Positions 55,923-64,000 of a stretch of DNA of 64,000 nt are shown piece after piece. Origin of the DNA: an uncultured Candidatus Saccharibacteria bacterium (GTDB taxonomy: Bacteria; Patescibacteriota; Saccharimonadia; Saccharimonadales; UBA10212). The DNA is taken from the NCBI GenBank assembly GCA_965231085.1, contig OZ246413.1:27991-91990 (forward strand), given 5' to 3'. The notes under the pieces are model-generated. The model was not told the DNA's origin. It did no database searches and was given only the letters and a program-made list of their open reading frames with translations. The position numbers were made by a program, and so were the translations under genes. Position 1 is the stretch's first letter; the number at the start of each line of letters is the position of its first letter.

Positions 55923-56627
55923 ATGGTTGAGAGAGTATTACAATCAACGCCAATAAAACCTAGCCCCTCTGAATTAGCCGAATACGGTGGATCGTTTGAA
56001 TTAATTCAGCGCTTCATGGAGGCGCCCGTGAAGATCGCCCTACAAAAAGATGGCGGACTAACGGAGATATCCAGAGCAATTTATAATGAACGGCTAGGAA
56101 TTGGTGTGCCCCCATTGCCTCCCGACGAAAGGGACTTAGTCAGCGTTTCGCCGGATGGGTTTTTTGGATATTTGTTCGTGAGAAATAAGGATATCTGTAA
56201 TTTAGTGGCGTCTGGCGCAGTTGATCAAGCGATAGTCGGACTTGATAGACTAGTAGAGGATCAAGATTACGACAAGGTCGAAATGGTGGCAACGTTTCGT
56301 GAATACGGTTTATGGTCGATTGTGCTGGCAACGGCTAACGGATCAGGAATTGTCTCATTAGATCAAATACAAAGAGTTGCTTCAAAGTATCCCGTAATTA
56401 CAGGGGAGTACTTTAGGACTCTTGGCATGCCAAACGTCGAGGTCGTAAGTGTCAACGGCGCTACAGAGATATTCCCGTATCTGCAATATCAAGAGGGGCC
56501 AATCGATGCGATAGTGGATCTTACGGTTTCAGGTAGATCCCTAAAGCAAAATAACCTAGTTGTTTGGGACCCACCAATTGGGGAAGTTTATCCGGTGTTA
56601 ATTAGAGCTAAGGAGGGGGTGAAATGA
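55923..56627 (+). CDS. HisG-like ATP phosphoribosyltransferase, short form (type IV PRTase)
   Basis: IALQKDGGL, FVRNKDICNLVASGAVDQAIVGLDRLVE, RVASKYPVITGEYF and the PRPP loop DAIVDLTVSGRSLKQNNL. ATG 55923 lies 8 nt after GGAG. Confidence 0.72.
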   Translation: MVERVLQSTPIKPSPSELAEYGGSFELIQRFMEAPVKIALQKDGGLTEISRAIYNERLGIGVPPLPPDERDLVSVSPDGFFGYLFVRNKDICNLVASGAVDQAIVGLDRLVEDQDYDKVEMVATFREYGLWSIVLATANGSGIVSLDQIQRVASKYPVITGEYFRTLGMPNVEVVSVNGATEIFPYLQYQEGPIDAIVDLTVSGRSLKQNNLVVWDPPIGEVYPVLIRAKEGVK

Positions 56628-57157
56628 GAAAGTATCAAATTGGCGTAATGGGCTCGGCTGCTGATTTAAAGTACAGCAAAGCCTTAGAAAAAGCTGCCAC
56701 AAAACTCGGCGAAGTAATTGCCGAGAACGATGCCATTTTAGTATTTGGTGCGGAAAAAGATACCGATTCGCTTTCAACAGCTGCCGCTAGAGGAGCGAAA
56801 AGCAGAGGTGGCTTAACAGTTGGTATAACCTATGGCAAAGGAAAAGATATTTGGCAAAAGGATGCAGATATCGTCATACCAACAGGACTTGAAAGAGGCG
56901 GTGGTAGAGAAATGGTTCTAGTTTTGTCGTGCGATGTGGTGATTGCGATCAGCGGCGGTTCGGGGACTCTTACAGAATTAGCTATAGCCTACCAAGCTGG
57001 TATTCCTGTTGTGGTGCTTTCTGGCTTTGGTGGTTGGTCCGATAAACTTGCGGGTAAATTTCTCGACTCAAGAAAACGAATAAAATTTGTTAACACAAAG
57101 ACTCCTGAGACAGCGGTCAAGAAGGCCTTAGAGCTTGCCCGAAAGGCAGGCAAATGA
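56624..57157 (+). CDS. LOG/TIGR00725-family Rossmann protein (nucleotide N-glycosidase-like)
   Basis: IGVMGSA...; VVIAISGGSGTLTELAIA matches the PGGxGTxxE-type motif. ATGA overlap with the upstream gene. Confidence 0.72.
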   Translation: MRKYQIGVMGSAADLKYSKALEKAATKLGEVIAENDAILVFGAEKDTDSLSTAAARGAKSRGGLTVGITYGKGKDIWQKDADIVIPTGLERGGGREMVLVLSCDVVIAISGGSGTLTELAIAYQAGIPVVVLSGFGGWSDKLAGKFLDSRKRIKFVNTKTPETAVKKALELARKAGK

Positions 57158-57864
57158 AAAATAAAAAAATATCTGTAGTTTCGTCATTCAGTGACGACGT
57201 TATTATTGATGAAAACGATGTACTTATAGGAGTTAAGCCTGGCGGCCCAGCTTTATTTATTAAAAATGTACTCGAAGCTGAAAAAGTTAAGTTTGATATG
57301 TACACGGGTGACAAAATTATTGTAGAAATAAAAGTTATGAAAGGTAATGAATTTGGTAAATTGGACACTTTGCCAGCGACTCGCAGTGTAAGCAAGTTGG
57401 ATCTGGAGCAGTGGACCTTGATATCAACAATCACCAACGAATGGGATATCAGCAGGATAAAAAAGTTGGATAGATTATTCGTAGATATACAAGGCTTTGT
57501 TCGCGAGGGTAAAAGCTTTGGAAAAAAGAAAAAATGGCCCGAGATTAGGCAGATAGCCGATAAAATTTACGGGCTCAAAGGTACTGCCGAAGAGGTGGCT
57601 TGTTTGCCGGCCGATTTTGTAAAAAAACAGAAGAATAAGCTATTAGTGATAACATATGGTTCAGACGGGGCAGAAGTCTACGAAAAAGGCGAAAAGTACA
57701 AAATATCAGCCGAGCACATAGACAATCTCAAGGATACAATCGGTGCCGGAGATACCTTTTTCACCTATTTTGTAGTTAATCTATACCGAGGTTTTGACTC
57801 AAAGAAAGCTGCAGAAGATGCGGCAGAGAAAACAACTAAATTTTTAAGGCAAAAAAATGCTTAA
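57154..57864 (+). CDS. PfkB-family sugar/nucleoside kinase
   Basis: C-terminal DTIGAGDTFF signature and LLVITYGSDGAEVY. Confidence 0.72.
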   Translation: MKNKKISVVSSFSDDVIIDENDVLIGVKPGGPALFIKNVLEAEKVKFDMYTGDKIIVEIKVMKGNEFGKLDTLPATRSVSKLDLEQWTLISTITNEWDISRIKKLDRLFVDIQGFVREGKSFGKKKKWPEIRQIADKIYGLKGTAEEVACLPADFVKKQKNKLLVITYGSDGAEVYEKGEKYKISAEHIDNLKDTIGAGDTFFTYFVVNLYRGFDSKKAAEDAAEKTTKFLRQKNA

Positions 57865-58693
57865 GCAAGAGGGCGCATTCCCAATCCCAGATAGTCGGAT
57901 CGCACTATTTGATCTAGACGGAACATTAATTGGCGGTAAGTACGAAGTTACTGATGATAAAATTTATCCCGCGATCCAGCAAGCCCAAGAAACTGGTTGG
58001 CAGATGGGATTAAGCTCCGACACTCCGTTTGAAGCTTTGACCCTATGGCGCCGCAGACTAGGTATGAATGGCCCAATAATCGCAGAAAAAGGTGCCGTAA
58101 CGGTGGCCAACCACGAACTCTATTTTAACCGAGCCGAGGCCTCGATTTTTACAAGGTCTAGAATCCAAATTTGTGAAAGATGGGAGGATATGGGAGCCAG
58201 GATGTGGTATGGCAACCCGGTAGAAGCGTTACGAAACGGGCAAGTCTCGGGAAACCCCGGAGAGATAATCGCACTAGTAAATATATTAAGAAGAAACAGC
58301 ATAGGCTTCCATATACGTCAGGTTCAAGAAGATGGTTCTTTAGCTATCAGCCCAGCTTTGCTTGACGGTTTTGCTAAAGCTGCAGAACCTTTTTATCCGG
58401 CCTTTGATGATCTACATATTGATCTTAACCATGACTACGGATTATTAATATTGTCTCGTGAGGCAACCACAAAAAGGTCGGGCACCGAAAGACTTGCCTC
58501 TGTCTTGCAAGTAGGTAAGTTCGCTATGGTTGGTAATTCGATTGCCGATTTTCTCGGCAGAGACCTAGCTTTTCACTACGCGGTAGGTGATTCAACAGAT
58601 GAATATAAAGAATCAGCAGATTATATATCACCGTACCCAGTGACCAGCGGCGCCGTAGATATCATCGAAAAAATGACAACAGAGTCTAGATAG
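57857..58693 (+). CDS. HAD-superfamily phosphatase, IIB/Cof-like
   Basis: Motif I IALFDLDGTLI and late motif MVGNSIADF. Confidence 0.68.
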   Translation: MLKQEGAFPIPDSRIALFDLDGTLIGGKYEVTDDKIYPAIQQAQETGWQMGLSSDTPFEALTLWRRRLGMNGPIIAEKGAVTVANHELYFNRAEASIFTRSRIQICERWEDMGARMWYGNPVEALRNGQVSGNPGEIIALVNILRRNSIGFHIRQVQEDGSLAISPALLDGFAKAAEPFYPAFDDLHIDLNHDYGLLILSREATTKRSGTERLASVLQVGKFAMVGNSIADFLGRDLAFHYAVGDSTDEYKESADYISPYPVTSGAVDIIEKMTTESR

Positions 58694-58726
58694 TTTTAAA
58701 AATAATCGTGCTACAATTGGCGTACG

Positions 58727-59668
58727 ATGGCAAGTCCAGAGGGGAAGTCTCCATACGTTGTTACGGCTGATGGGCATGAACTTCTGCATGCCTGGGGTAA
58801 ACAACGAGGTATAAAAACCCCATCTTCACGATACTTCGAAGACTACACCTCAGATCTACTTGCAATGTTGGCTCAATCAACTGACGCACCTGTTGAAGTA
58901 GTCGATCACGATGAGCTTCAAGAGGGGCTTGCTTTACTCGTTAGTAGAAGTCGATTGCCAGTAATTTCATTAGACAGGGCTTACACAGATGGTATGCATA
59001 ATCTTGCAGGTTACATCGACGCTACACGTGCTGTCGATCCAGACTACAACGATATACCCTTATCAAATAGGCCAGGCACTCCTCATTTAGAGGCTCAAAT
59101 TAAGGAATTTAGAACAAGTGAAATTGCACCGGTTACTGTTATGGAAGATGTCGTATTCTCGGGCGGTACGATACTCAAACTTAATGAACTGCTGACAGAA
59201 GCCGGTAGGCCAATACGGTCGGTGATTGCTGGCGTCGCAATCCAAAAAGGAGTAAAGGCCTTAGAGGATGCCGGAATAGCAGTAGAGCACGTACGATTTT
59301 ACCCAGAAGTTGAGGACGAAGTATGTCAGCGAGATTTTCTGGCCTGCATGCCATACTCTGGGCGAACAATAGTTGATGGTCAGGATGTTTGGTCGGCACC
59401 GTATTTCTGGCCTTTTGGTGATCCAGAGGTATGGGCAAGCATAAAGGGCGAAGATAGAATAAGAGCATTTTCTAGATTTTGTTTAGGCCGGTCACTTGAC
59501 CTTTGGGACGAAGTTTCAAATATTTCAGGCATTAACGTATCAACTATCGAAGTACCAAGACCCCTTAAGGGGATGGCCGGTCGAATTGAACCAGTTACTC
59601 ACTTCTTAAATCGTCATCTTCGACAAGTTATAGAGACTGAACCTATAAAGGAAGAAGTATATGGCTAG
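58727..59668 (+). CDS. Type I phosphoribosyltransferase-like protein with unfamiliar flanking regions
   Basis: PRPP-binding-type motif VTVMEDVVFSGGTILK. The remaining regions are unrecognised. Confidence 0.45.
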   Translation: MASPEGKSPYVVTADGHELLHAWGKQRGIKTPSSRYFEDYTSDLLAMLAQSTDAPVEVVDHDELQEGLALLVSRSRLPVISLDRAYTDGMHNLAGYIDATRAVDPDYNDIPLSNRPGTPHLEAQIKEFRTSEIAPVTVMEDVVFSGGTILKLNELLTEAGRPIRSVIAGVAIQKGVKALEDAGIAVEHVRFYPEVEDEVCQRDFLACMPYSGRTIVDGQDVWSAPYFWPFGDPEVWASIKGEDRIRAFSRFCLGRSLDLWDEVSNISGINVSTIEVPRPLKGMAGRIEPVTHFLNRHLRQVIETEPIKEEVYG

Positions 59669-60983
59669 AGAATTGGGCCCAATGTCAGGATTTCGTGATT
59701 TGCTGGCTGAGCAAATGATTCCTAGACAAGCTATGTTAGATACGATACGTGGTGTTTATGAATCATATGGTTTTGTACCCCTTCAGACTCCAGCTTTAGA
59801 GCTACTTTCTACAATGCAGGGCAAGTATGGAGATGAGGGCGATAAACTTATGTATAGTTTTGAAGATAACGGCGGCCGGGCCGTAGCTATGCGCTACGAT
59901 CAAACCGTGCCATTTGCTAGGGTTATCGCTCAGCACAGAGGCAGAATCCCTATGCCTTATAAGCGTTATGCCGTTGGGCAGGTTTGGAGGGGCGAGCGCC
60001 CGCAAGCAGGGAGATATCGAGAATTCACCCAGTTTGATGCCGATACGGCCGGTACAACAAGTCCAATTGCCGACGCAGAAATTGTTGCTATGATGTCGGA
60101 CTCGATGCTTGCTCTTGGTGCCGACACTGTTATTAGGGTTAATAATCGTCGAATTCTTGATGCTTTAGTCGAAAAGGCAGGTGTAGGCGACGACGAATCT
60201 ACAGCTAGGCGCCTAATAGCTACCATCGACAAAGTCGACAAGATTGGCCTAGAAGGTGTTTTAGAAGATGTTACCTTACTCGCTTCGGATAGGGTAGCCA
60301 GACTTGTGCGTGATTACCTGGCCGTTGAGGGCCCGCCCAAGGAAAAACTAGAAAGGCTATCTAAGTTGCTAGGTGGCTCGGAGGCTATGGAAGAGGGCAC
60401 AGAAAACTTAAGAGGCGTGTTTGGCATGCTTGAGGCGTCTGGCTACACGGCCGAGAAGATAGTTTTTGATCCAGCTGTTGCGAGGGGGCTAGATTACTAC
60501 ACTGGCATTATTTACGAAACTACTCTAAAGGGCGCTCCCGAACTCGGGAGTGTTTGTAGCGGCGGTCGTTTCGATAATCTTATTAAAGCCATGGGTGGCC
60601 CAGACATCCCAGCTGTCGGGACTTCTATTGGTGTTGATAGGTTATACGATGGTTTACTCAAACTAGGTTTAACGCAAGAGGCGCATACCAATACCAAAGT
60701 ATTGATAACTAATTTTGATGCAAATCAGGCACCTGATTATATGGCGGTGGCCACCGCTCTAAGAGCTGCTGGTTTGCCTGCCGAGATTATTTACGAGCCA
60801 ACCGGTCTAGGCAAGCAACTTGGAAAAGCCGACAGCATGGGCATACCATACGCAGTTTTTCTTGGTCCAGATGAATTAGCCAGGGGCGAAGGTGTAATCA
60901 AGGATTTAAATAGCCGTGAGCAGCTGACGGTACCAATAGCTGAGATCGCAGGGACTATTATTCGCCTTGCCAACGGGGAGTAG
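59661..60983 (+). CDS. hisS: Histidyl-tRNA synthetase (archaeal/eukaryote-like motif variant)
   Basis: RYDQTVPFARVIA, motif 2 WRGERPQAGRYREFTQFDAD, motif 3 CSGGRFDNLI, and a C-terminal anticodon-binding domain. Confidence 0.92.
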   Translation: MARELGPMSGFRDLLAEQMIPRQAMLDTIRGVYESYGFVPLQTPALELLSTMQGKYGDEGDKLMYSFEDNGGRAVAMRYDQTVPFARVIAQHRGRIPMPYKRYAVGQVWRGERPQAGRYREFTQFDADTAGTTSPIADAEIVAMMSDSMLALGADTVIRVNNRRILDALVEKAGVGDDESTARRLIATIDKVDKIGLEGVLEDVTLLASDRVARLVRDYLAVEGPPKEKLERLSKLLGGSEAMEEGTENLRGVFGMLEASGYTAEKIVFDPAVARGLDYYTGIIYETTLKGAPELGSVCSGGRFDNLIKAMGGPDIPAVGTSIGVDRLYDGLLKLGLTQEAHTNTKVLITNFDANQAPDYMAVATALRAAGLPAEIIYEPTGLGKQLGKADSMGIPYAVFLGPDELARGEGVIKDLNSREQLTVPIAEIAGTIIRLANGE

Positions 60984-60984
60984 C

Positions 60985-61905
60985 CTAATTCTTCTTTGAT
61001 CTATGAAATTCCTCATGAACTTTTTTTAGATGGGGGTCGGTGACGTGAGTATATATCTGGGTAGTAGAGATGTTGCTGTGGCCCAGCATAGCTTGTACGC
61101 TGCGCAGATCAGCGCCATTCATAAGCAAGTCCGTTGCAAAAGAATGTCTTAGGGTATGAGGACTGACATGTTTAGTAATGCCGGCCAACTTGGCGTATCG
61201 GGCTACCATTCTTTGGATGCTCCGGGCAGTTAACCTTTGAAAATTACCACTATTATCGGCTTTTTTTGAACCACTATAGCGTATGAACAGAGGGTTTGAG
61301 TTATCTTGGCGGAGATTTAGGTATTTTTCAATCCAGTCAGCTGACTCCTTACTTATAAAAACAGGGCGATCTTTTTGCCCCTTACCCCTAACCATGAATT
61401 CGCGACGTTTTAAATTGATGTGGTCTCGGTCTAAGTTAACGAGCTCACTGATACGCAGGCCGCTAGAGAAGAGAAGTTCAATTATGGCTCTATCACGGGC
61501 GCCTACCAGCGTATCCGGTTTTACCTGGGCGCCCAGTCGGTCTAACTCCTCAGGAGTCAAAAAGGTTACTTGGGGTCGTTTGGTTCGAGCTAGCTCAATT
61601 TTATCCGCAGCCATAGTTTTATAGCCTCTCTTGGAACAAAACTTTAAGAAAGACCTTAGAGCAATCAAGTGGTAATTCTGAGTTGTTTTGGACAACTCAT
61701 CACTGTTATTTGTGCCCAATCTGTTAAGCCAAAGCCTCCATTTTCGAATCAATTCATCGTCTATATCACTTAATTTAACATCGCCAGCATAATCTGATAG
61801 CCGGGTAAGGTAATGTTTATAGTTAGCGATAGTTTTACTTGAGCGATTTTGCTCCAGTTCCATATACTCTAAAAAATTGGCAACTGCTTCTTCATAAGTG
61901 GGCAT
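60985..61905 (-). CDS. Tyrosine site-specific recombinase, XerC/XerD-like
   Basis: SAM-like N-domain (NYKHYLTRL) and catalytic RHSFATDLL..LGHSNISTTQIYTHV. Confidence 0.85.
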   Translation of the reverse strand: MPTYEEAVANFLEYMELEQNRSSKTIANYKHYLTRLSDYAGDVKLSDIDDELIRKWRLWLNRLGTNNSDELSKTTQNYHLIALRSFLKFCSKRGYKTMAADKIELARTKRPQVTFLTPEELDRLGAQVKPDTLVGARDRAIIELLFSSGLRISELVNLDRDHINLKRREFMVRGKGQKDRPVFISKESADWIEKYLNLRQDNSNPLFIRYSGSKKADNSGNFQRLTARSIQRMVARYAKLAGITKHVSPHTLRHSFATDLLMNGADLRSVQAMLGHSNISTTQIYTHVTDPHLKKVHEEFHRSKKN

Positions 61906-62005
61906 AAGCTCATTCTATCAAATTAAGAAAGCGAACATTATTATTGTTCAAATTGTAAAGGAACATTCAATCTGTTAAAATGCTAGTAATTAATCGGAAA
62001 AAACA

Positions 62006-62500
62006 ATGGAACAAACACTAATACTTCTTAAACCGGACGCAGTAAAAAGGGGATTAATTGGCGAAGTTTTATCCCGCTTTGAGAAAGCTGGCCTTAAATT
62101 GGTTGGCATGAAAATGGTGCAACCAGATGAAGCCCACTACCACCATCACTACGAGACTATCAGTAAGCTAATTTCACGGCGCGGCCAGGAAGTTTTTGAC
62201 CGAAACGCCAATTTTATGATGACTGGACCAGTTGTTGCTGTTGTTCTTGAAGGAGTTGAAGCTGTTGAGGCCGTTAGAAAAATAGTTGGTGCCACTGAGC
62301 CGAAATCTGCTCAACCGGGGACAATTCGCGGAGACTATGCCCATATGAGCATGCAGCACTCTAACGCTAAAGACTCAGGACTACCAAATATTATCCACGC
62401 CTCAGGTGATATCGGTGAAGCTAAGCAAGAAATTGAGCACTGGTTCACCAAAGACGAATTGTTTAATTATCAGACTGTACACGAAAAGCTTACTCAGTAA
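62006..62500 (+). CDS. ndk: Nucleoside diphosphate kinase
   Basis: TLILLKPDAV, GTIRGDY, active-site NIIHASG. Confidence 0.92.
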   Translation: MEQTLILLKPDAVKRGLIGEVLSRFEKAGLKLVGMKMVQPDEAHYHHHYETISKLISRRGQEVFDRNANFMMTGPVVAVVLEGVEAVEAVRKIVGATEPKSAQPGTIRGDYAHMSMQHSNAKDSGLPNIIHASGDIGEAKQEIEHWFTKDELFNYQTVHEKLTQ

Positions 62501-62513
62501 GCTAGCCAAAACA

Positions 62514-62589
62514 TGGTGACCCGGGCAGGATTCGAACCTGCGACGCCCGCCTTAGGACGGCGGCGCTCTATCCACTGAGCTACCGGGCC
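62514..62589 (-). tRNA. tRNA-Arg (anticodon CCU), CCA encoded
   Basis: The reverse complement GGCCCGGUAGCUCAGUGGAUAGAGCGCCGCCGUCCUAAGGCGGGCGUCGCAGGUUCGAAUCCUGCCCGGGUCACCA folds as a cloverleaf. Anticodon stem CCGCC/GGCGG with loop GUCCUAA. Confidence 0.9.
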
Positions 62590-62647
62590 ATGCAGTAAAA
62601 CATCTAACTCACACTAATTTTAGTATTTTTAAGCTAAAATACTAAGC

Positions 62648-63244
62648 ATGAGCACTGAAACTGGCAAAAAGCCAAAACCAGTAAAACATAAGCGCAAGCA
62701 TTTTAAAGAGCAGTTCGACGAAGAAGAAGTGTTGCTCGTCTTTAGAAAGCATCCAATCGTAATGCGCAAGGGTCTTGTTCTTGCATCGGTCGGTATGGTG
62801 CTTGGTCCAATCTATACTCTTATTCTTACCTACGCAAGGCCAAATAGTCCACCGAGTATTGGGTTTTTCTTTGCTAGTCTGGGAATAAGCTTAATTATTG
62901 CTTGTATTCTAATTTTCCCCTGGTGGGTGAAGTGGTACTTTAGCGTCTATATAATGACTAATCAACGTTTTATCCAGCAGACTCGCAGTATTTTGCAGGT
63001 TAACGTCGTGGATATCAGCCTCGATCAGGTGCAAATGATCAACTATCAGGTGTCCGGGTTGGAGCAGACACTGCTGGGGTTTGGTACAATAGTCGTACAG
63101 ACATACGTGGGCGATCTGATAATACACGACGTTCACAAGCCAGGAGAGGTCCAAAAGAAAATGGTCCACGCTCTTAGAGAGCTTGGTATTCATCCAAGCG
63201 TTAGGGCGCTGAGCGATGAGGGTCAAAAAGTAATTGAGTCATGA
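62648..63244 (+). CDS. Membrane protein with bacterial PH-like (YdbS/YdbT-type) layout
   Basis: EEEVLLVFRKHP followed by two TM helices and a soluble C-terminal domain. The family call is weak. Confidence 0.4.
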   Translation: MSTETGKKPKPVKHKRKHFKEQFDEEEVLLVFRKHPIVMRKGLVLASVGMVLGPIYTLILTYARPNSPPSIGFFFASLGISLIIACILIFPWWVKWYFSVYIMTNQRFIQQTRSILQVNVVDISLDQVQMINYQVSGLEQTLLGFGTIVVQTYVGDLIIHDVHKPGEVQKKMVHALRELGIHPSVRALSDEGQKVIES

Positions 63245-64000
63245 TAAAAAAGCCAAATATTAATAAATTCAAGAGGGCCGAAGAGGTCAAAAAAGTTAAG
63301 AGCCTGGTGCAGGAAAATGTCGTCACGCCCGTGGTCGAAAGAGCAGTTGAGCTCAATCCACTAAACCCTCCAAAGCCCGAAGAACCGATTTCGCTTAAGG
63401 ACGTTCCAAAAATTACCGACCAGAATATCACTGAGCATCGCGAAGAAGTGCTAAAGGGTGCCAGAAAATATATTTATCCTTTGCAGCACTCCAAACATCG
63501 TATAGTTCTGATTACCTTATTAATTACTGCCGCTACAATTGTTACTTTTTTTATATATTGCATGCTCGCTTTGTACCGCTACTATCAGTACAATACCTTT
63601 CTCTATAAAGTTACTCAGGTGGTACCGTTTCCGATTGCTAAAGCCGGCAGCGACTACGTAAATTATGAGAATTATCTATTTGAGGTAAGACATTTCACCC
63701 ACTATTATCAGACTCAGCAACCGCAAAACAACAGTGTTAATAATAGCCAGATTCAACAGTTCAGAAAGCAGGCTCTGACCGACTCAATAAACAACGCTTA
63801 TATAAAGCAGTTGGCTAGCAAAAACGATATTTCTGTATCAGATAAAGAAGTTGATGATCGGGTGGCTATAGTTAGGGCCCAGAATCGCCTAGGTAGCAGC
63901 AACAAAGTTTTTGCCGACGTACTGCGCGATTATTGGGGTTGGTCAGTTACGGATTTTAAACGTAGCCTTAAAGAGCAGATGTTAACGGAAAAAGTAGCTG
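63241..64000 (+). CDS. Membrane-anchored SurA-N/PpiD-like chaperone domain protein (3' end beyond window; absent from ORF track)
   Basis: Hand translation from ATG 63241 (ATGA overlap) is open to 64000. One TM helix, IVLITLLITAATIVTFFIYCML, then ..QFRKQALTDSINNAYIKQLASKNDISVSDKEVDDRV typical of SurA N-terminal-type domains. Confidence 0.5.
   Translation, partial: MIKKPNINKFKRAEEVKKVKSLVQENVVTPVVERAVELNPLNPPKPEEPISLKDVPKITDQNITEHREEVLKGARKYIYPLQHSKHRIVLITLLITAATIVTFFIYCMLALYRYYQYNTFLYKVTQVVPFPIAKAGSDYVNYENYLFEVRHFTHYYQTQQPQNNSVNNSQIQQFRKQALTDSINNAYIKQLASKNDISVSDKEVDDRVAIVRAQNRLGSSNKVFADVLRDYWGWSVTDFKRSLKEQMLTEKVA

Noticed and set aside
61930-61975. GAACATTATTATTGTTC inverted repeat between xer and ndk, considered as a dif-like Xer site.
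   Set aside because: The arms are only 5 bp and AT-rich, and there is no resemblance to a 28-bp dif architecture. It more likely belongs to the divergent promoter region.
52100-62589. A Xer-like tyrosine recombinase (60985..61905) next to tRNA-Arg (62514..62589), considered as the integrase and att site of a 10-kb integrative island reaching back to the GC-rich genes.
   Set aside because: I found no repeat of the tRNA 3' end elsewhere in the window. The intervening genes include single-copy-type housekeeping functions (hisS, ndk). The recombinase looks like a chromosomal XerC/D with a SAM-like N-domain. It remains checkable by searching for a dif site and a second xer.

Overview
This is a 64-kb chromosomal segment that looks like a small-genome Patescibacteria/CPR bacterium, most like Saccharibacteria. 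That placement is an inference from gene content and order, Lys/Ala-rich tails on housekeeping proteins and a secretin-less type IV pilus locus; there is no rRNA in the window to confirm it. The genetic code is standard and both strands are densely coding.

Contents:
(i) A partial giant beta-helix/HYR surface protein at the left edge. It is missing from the ORF track because it is truncated by the window. A partial SurA-like gene at the right edge is missing for the same reason.
(ii) dnaG followed by three tandem, translationally coupled sigma-70 genes.
(iii) Core genes: polA, mutM, holA, rpsT, truB, rpsO, pnp, udg, rnj, ftsK, rpsF-ssb-rpsR, efp, tlyA, ychF, hisS, xer, ndk and tRNA-Arg(CCU).
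(iv) A roughly 15-kb type IV pilus locus, pilM-N-O-pilB-pilT-pilC-pilA-pilD, plus pilin-like and large accessory genes.
(v) Three compositionally foreign, GC3-rich insertions at about 10.2-11.2 kb, 33.5-34.2 kb and 52.1-55.6 kb. They encode an unrecognisable cytoplasmic protein, an Rpf/SLT-like transglycosylase, a Cys-rich secreted protein, a cutinase-fold esterase and an XRE module. I read these as acquisitions from high-GC Actinomycetota (the host lineage), several of them plausibly acting on a host envelope.
(vi) A promoter-leader-terminator element with a near-perfect T-box core motif, placed in front of a tightly coupled six-gene operon: hisG-like, LOG-like, PfkB kinase, HAD phosphatase, PRTase-like and hisS. 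This is my best candidate for an undescribed system.

I saw no CRISPR array, rRNA, transposase or phage structural genes. All calls come from reading the sequence and remembered family motifs; no searches were run.
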